NCBI GenBank assembly: GCA_017991375.1
Contig: JAGOQP010000001.1
Span: forward strand, 53,149-117,148
Reading direction: 5' to 3'
DNA: 64,000 bases
Origin: Minisyncoccota bacterium
GTDB taxonomy: Bacteria > Patescibacteriota > Minisyncoccia > UBA6257 > JAGOQP01
The position numbers and the translations under genes are program-made. Shown one piece after another: positions 60,978 through 64,000 of this stretch. The notes under the pieces are model-generated. The model did not search any database, was not told the origin of the DNA, and was given only the letters and a program-made list of their open reading frames with translations. Within the stretch, counting starts at the first letter, position 1; each line of letters begins with the position of its first letter.

Positions 60978-61886
60978 ATGCTTACCACACTCTTTAGAAT
61001 TACCAAATATGGCATGCAGAGCTTTACGCGAAACGCGTGGCTTTCAACAGCGACCATCGCGATCATGGTACTCACTTTGATGCTCTTTTCTGGTCTTATT
61101 ATGCTCAACGTAGTAACGACAACTATTATCACGAGCATTCAGGACAAAATTGACATTAGTGTCTACTTCAAAAGCGACTCACCGGAAGACGAAATGCTTC
61201 GCATCAAATCAACTCTTGAAACATTGCCCGAGGTAAAAGCGATTGAGTATATCTCAAAGAACAAAGCGTTAGAGATTTTCCAGGAGAAACACAAAGATGA
61301 CGAAACAATTTCGCAAGCAATCACGCAACTGAACGAAAATCCACTACTGGGGTCGTTAAATATAAAGGCGCGTGATCCAAAAGAGTATCCAGTAGTTGCC
61401 CACTATTTGGAAAATGATTCTATAAAACCATTTGTGGAGCGTGTGTCATACAGCCAAAACGCGAATGTTATTGATCGTCTCAATCGAATTCTAACCACTG
61501 CTGAGAATGGCGGTGTTTTACTCACGCTTATCATGTCGCTCATTGCCATTCTGATTACATTCAACACCATTCGTTTGGCAATTTATTCAAGCAAAGATAG
61601 TATTGTTATTATGCGTCTCGTCGGTGGTTCAAATTTCTTTATTCGTGGACCATTTCTGATAGAAGGTATTGTGTATGGGCTCATTTCTGCCGTGCTCAGT
61701 TTGCTTATTCTTACCCCTATTATTTATGCGGTGTCTCCGTACACAACCGTGCTTGTTCCAGAGCTTAGTTTGTGGGCTGACTTTTTGCGTCGGTTGCCAT
61801 CGTTATTGTTGTACCAGATTCTCTTTGGTATCGCGTTAGGTATCGTCTCAAGTTTTATCGCTATCGGGAAACATCTTAAGGATTAG
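60978..61886 (+). CDS. ftsX: cell-division ABC transporter permease FtsX
   Basis: Conserved ftsE-ftsX pairing and the 4-TM FtsX topology with a periplasmic loop. Confidence 0.8.
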   Translation: MLTTLFRITKYGMQSFTRNAWLSTATIAIMVLTLMLFSGLIMLNVVTTTIITSIQDKIDISVYFKSDSPEDEMLRIKSTLETLPEVKAIEYISKNKALEIFQEKHKDDETISQAITQLNENPLLGSLNIKARDPKEYPVVAHYLENDSIKPFVERVSYSQNANVIDRLNRILTTAENGGVLLTLIMSLIAILITFNTIRLAIYSSKDSIVIMRLVGGSNFFIRGPFLIEGIVYGLISAVLSLLILTPIIYAVSPYTTVLVPELSLWADFLRRLPSLLLYQILFGIALGIVSSFIAIGKHLKD

Positions 61887-61995
61887 AAAATGAGTGATTA
61901 GTGAAAAGATTGTTCTGAGTGAATCGAATAAAAATCAGTGCTTGGTGACCGAAGAAAATCCATACACTTTTTACTAGTCACTATTCACTATCTCT
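61887..61995. repeat. family-B inverted-repeat element
   Basis: Left arm gagtgattagtgaaaag, right arm ctagtcactattcactatctc, separated by about 60 bp. Confidence 0.45.
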
Positions 61996-62949
61996 ATGCA
62001 CGGTCTTTTTGTGTTTAATAAACCCACCGGGGTAAGCTCGGCTGGTTTTTTGAATCATATAAAACGTGTGCTTTCAACGTTAGCGCAATCAGGCGAAAAA
62101 CAATTGCGTATTGGCCATGGAGGAACGCTTGATCCTTTTGCAACCGGAGTGTTGATTGTCGGCGTGGGGAGGGAATACACGCGATTACTCCACGATCTTC
62201 TCAATACTGAACAAAAGGAATATCAAGCAACTATTATTCTCGGAGCCGATTCAGACACAGATGACTGTATGGGAATTATTACGCCGCGTGTAAGCTCTGT
62301 TCCACCTTCTAAGGAAGATATAAAAAAAGCGGTTGCTCAAGTTGCAGCGCAAGAAACACAAACGCCTCCCGCTATCTCGGCGGTAAAAATACACGGAGTT
62401 CCCGCGTATGCTCGAGTACGAAGAGGGGAATCCGTATCGCTTTCCCAAAAATCAGCCACAGTATTTTCTTATTCAATAAGCTCAATTTCTCTTTCAAAAA
62501 AACAAACATCATTTTCCATAACGTTGCGGGTGTCGTCTGGGTTTTATATCAGAAGCTTTGCTCGGGATATTGGGAATGTGTTGGGTGTTGGTGGGTATGT
62601 AAGCGAACTTAAGCGACTCTCAGTAGGGGAATTTTCTTTATTTCGGGCGTTAGATATCAATGAGGTGTTGTCTGGTAAAATTGAGCTTTTTGCTCGAATT
62701 AGCGGGGGTGTTCAGGGAGTCGGGTTCCGTTCATATGCCCTAAAAATGGCTCAAAATTGGCCTATAACAGGGTTTGTGCGCAATAGTGGGGAGAATTCGG
62801 TTGAAATAGTTGCCCAGGGTTATTTGGGTGATTTGGGGCGTTTTCTGGATGCGGTAAAAAAGGGCCCCCAGGAAGCTCATATAGAGTCAGTTTTTGATTA
62901 TTTTAGAAAGCCGTCAGAGGTGTTTAGCTCGTTTGAGCTCATGCGGTAA
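61996..62949 (+). CDS. truB: tRNA pseudouridine-55 synthase TruB fused to a C-terminal acylphosphatase domain
   Basis: TruB core (GVSSAGFL...GHGGTLDPFATGVLIVGVG) plus a C-terminal ISGGVQGVGFRSYALKMA...GFVRNSGENSVEIVAQG acylphosphatase signature. Confidence 0.8.
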   Translation: MHGLFVFNKPTGVSSAGFLNHIKRVLSTLAQSGEKQLRIGHGGTLDPFATGVLIVGVGREYTRLLHDLLNTEQKEYQATIILGADSDTDDCMGIITPRVSSVPPSKEDIKKAVAQVAAQETQTPPAISAVKIHGVPAYARVRRGESVSLSQKSATVFSYSISSISLSKKQTSFSITLRVSSGFYIRSFARDIGNVLGVGGYVSELKRLSVGEFSLFRALDINEVLSGKIELFARISGGVQGVGFRSYALKMAQNWPITGFVRNSGENSVEIVAQGYLGDLGRFLDAVKKGPQEAHIESVFDYFRKPSEVFSSFELMR

Positions 62950-63005
62950 ATCCCTTTACATTTTAAACTTTATGTGTTATTGTGCTAATACGAGGGAGGT
63001 GAAAA

Positions 63006-63202
63006 TGACATTCAACGCGGCGTGGGTTAAGGGTATCGTCTCGGACACTATGGCAATCGGCGGGGGGCCAGAGGAAACACTTCGTTTTCTTTGTGAGCTT
63101 AGAAGGACCACTCGGATGCACATGCTTCTCGATGGTCAGTTCGCTCTCGAGAACGAGATCGATGCTCTTGCCCTCCAGATATACACCCAACCCCAACACT
63201 AG
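63006..63202 (+). CDS. hypothetical small protein (65 aa)
   Basis: A strong ribosome-binding site GGAGGTGA lies 5 nt upstream of the ATG. A terminator hairpin plus T-run follows at 63225-63260. Confidence 0.4.
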
Positions 63203-63294
63203 AAGATTCTTTCAAGTTGCACACTCGGAGTCCACTCGGGCTCCTTTTTTGTTTTGTTTCTTTGTAATTTCCGCTTCTTATGAATTCTAACAAA

Positions 63295-63332
63295 GTGTTA
63301 CAAAAATTAGCGATCGCTAATTTTTGTAACAC
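63295..63332. repeat. 38-bp perfect palindrome P1 copy 2 (GTGTTACAAAAATTAGCGATCGCTAATTTTTGTAACAC)
   Basis: Same core as 45173-45214, centred on GCGATCGC. Confidence 0.7.
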
Positions 63333-63357
63333 TATATAAAATTCATTTTCTCATAAT

Positions 63358-63392
63358 CAAAAATCCGCTCCTAAAAGAGCGGATTTTTGATG
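63358..63392. terminator. bidirectional rho-independent terminator
   Basis: aaaaatccgctc-ctaaaa-gagcggattttt. Confidence 0.6.
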
Positions 63393-63395
63393 TCG

Positions 63396-63965
63396 TTACT
63401 GCTGAATATTGTTTGACTGTGGTGGTTGTTGTATCGGCTGTGTTGGTTGTGACTGCGAAATTGATGCTTGTTGTTTTACCTCTATTTTTTGTCCCGACGA
63501 GCGCTCAGCGAGTTTATTTTTTATAATCATACTCGCAATCGCAATACACATTAGTGCCGCAATAATAACAATAGGCCACGTAAAATCTCTCGGGTTCACG
63601 CTGGCTTGCACGGACGCTTCTTGTGATGTTTCGTCTTTAACAGGACTGAATGCTTCAACGTTTTCTTGAGACGGCTCTCCGCCTTCTTCGTCCAATGGCG
63701 CTTGGGCGGCAACTTCCTGATTAGGGGTTGCGGTAGTATCTGCCGCGAGTACAGTCATTTGTGTTGTCACTAATGCCAGCGATACTTGAATCTTTCCCAT
63801 ATGCGCGGCGAGAATGGGTTTTGCTTCTAACGGAATAGTATTGTGCGCGACACGATATTGCAGTTGAAGCACAATTCCCTCAAGCGCGTAAAGCCCTCTT
63901 TGGAGCGCCCGTGCTTCCTCGTGAGTGAGTGTGTTTCCTATCTGTTGAGGAACTACAGGGACCAT
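63396..63965 (-). CDS. hypothetical membrane-anchored protein with Gln/Pro-rich C-terminus (5' end may lie beyond the window)
   Basis: 189-aa ORF with a TM segment (WPIVIIAALMCIAIASMII) and a low-complexity tail. Confidence 0.35.
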   Translation of the reverse strand: MVPVVPQQIGNTLTHEEARALQRGLYALEGIVLQLQYRVAHNTIPLEAKPILAAHMGKIQVSLALVTTQMTVLAADTTATPNQEVAAQAPLDEEGGEPSQENVEAFSPVKDETSQEASVQASVNPRDFTWPIVIIAALMCIAIASMIIKNKLAERSSGQKIEVKQQASISQSQPTQPIQQPPQSNNIQQ

Positions 63966-64000
63966 TATTTCTTGCGCGTGTGCGTGTAGCCCGACAACGA

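Overview
This 64-kb window comes from a compact, low-GC bacterial genome (roughly 40-45% GC by eye) with very short intergenic spacers. The gene content points to a reduced-genome lineage such as the Candidate Phyla Radiation/Patescibacteria. Evidence for that: rpoA lacks the alpha C-terminal domain, alaS is short, L30 is absent between rpsE and rplO, and rpoD has a lysine-rich N-terminus. UGA is a normal stop codon, because prfB is present with the classic CUU UGA C +1 frameshift site.

The backbone is housekeeping genes. In order these are nth, the lemA/TPM pair, alr, dnaG-rpoD, alaS, infA-rpmJ-rpsM-rpsK-rpsD-rpoA-rplQ, and tuf-rpsJ. The S10/spc ribosomal-protein cluster follows, running from rplC through rplO, secY, adk and map. 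Then come greA, lysS, serS, tyrS, ychF, tRNA-Thr, prfB, ftsEX and a truB-acylphosphatase fusion.

Three accessory features stand out.

1. A complete diversity-generating retroelement (DGR) sits exactly between rpsJ and rplC inside the S10 operon (18.8-21.9 kb). It has a reverse transcriptase with the DGR-type IGxxxSQ motif, an Avd accessory gene, a 131-bp template repeat (TR) and a variable repeat (VR) at the 3' end of a GC-rich target gene. TR and VR differ at 21 of 131 positions, and every difference is an adenine in TR. The layout is non-canonical: the RT and TR are on the minus strand, while avd and the target/VR are on the plus strand.

2. A ~7-kb genomic island (45.4-52.5 kb) is bounded by 17-bp direct repeats that duplicate the 5' end of ychF. 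It carries an RNase H, a GHKL-type (MORC/MutL-like) ATPase, a protein that fuses a DnaA domain-IV HTH to a sigma-70 region-4 HTH and zinc ribbons, a convergent Dcm-type C5 cytosine methyltransferase, and a C-terminal remnant of a serine recombinase. This looks like a candidate, uncharacterised defence or regulatory module.

3. A ~580-nt non-coding, GC-rich, structured region (59.5-60.2 kb) has a consensus promoter and strong terminators. It is a candidate large ncRNA. RNase P RNA-like motifs are present, but the strand and identity are unresolved.

There are also several families of intergenic palindromic or inverted-repeat elements. One of them encloses a second Avd/IVS-family four-helix-bundle gene.
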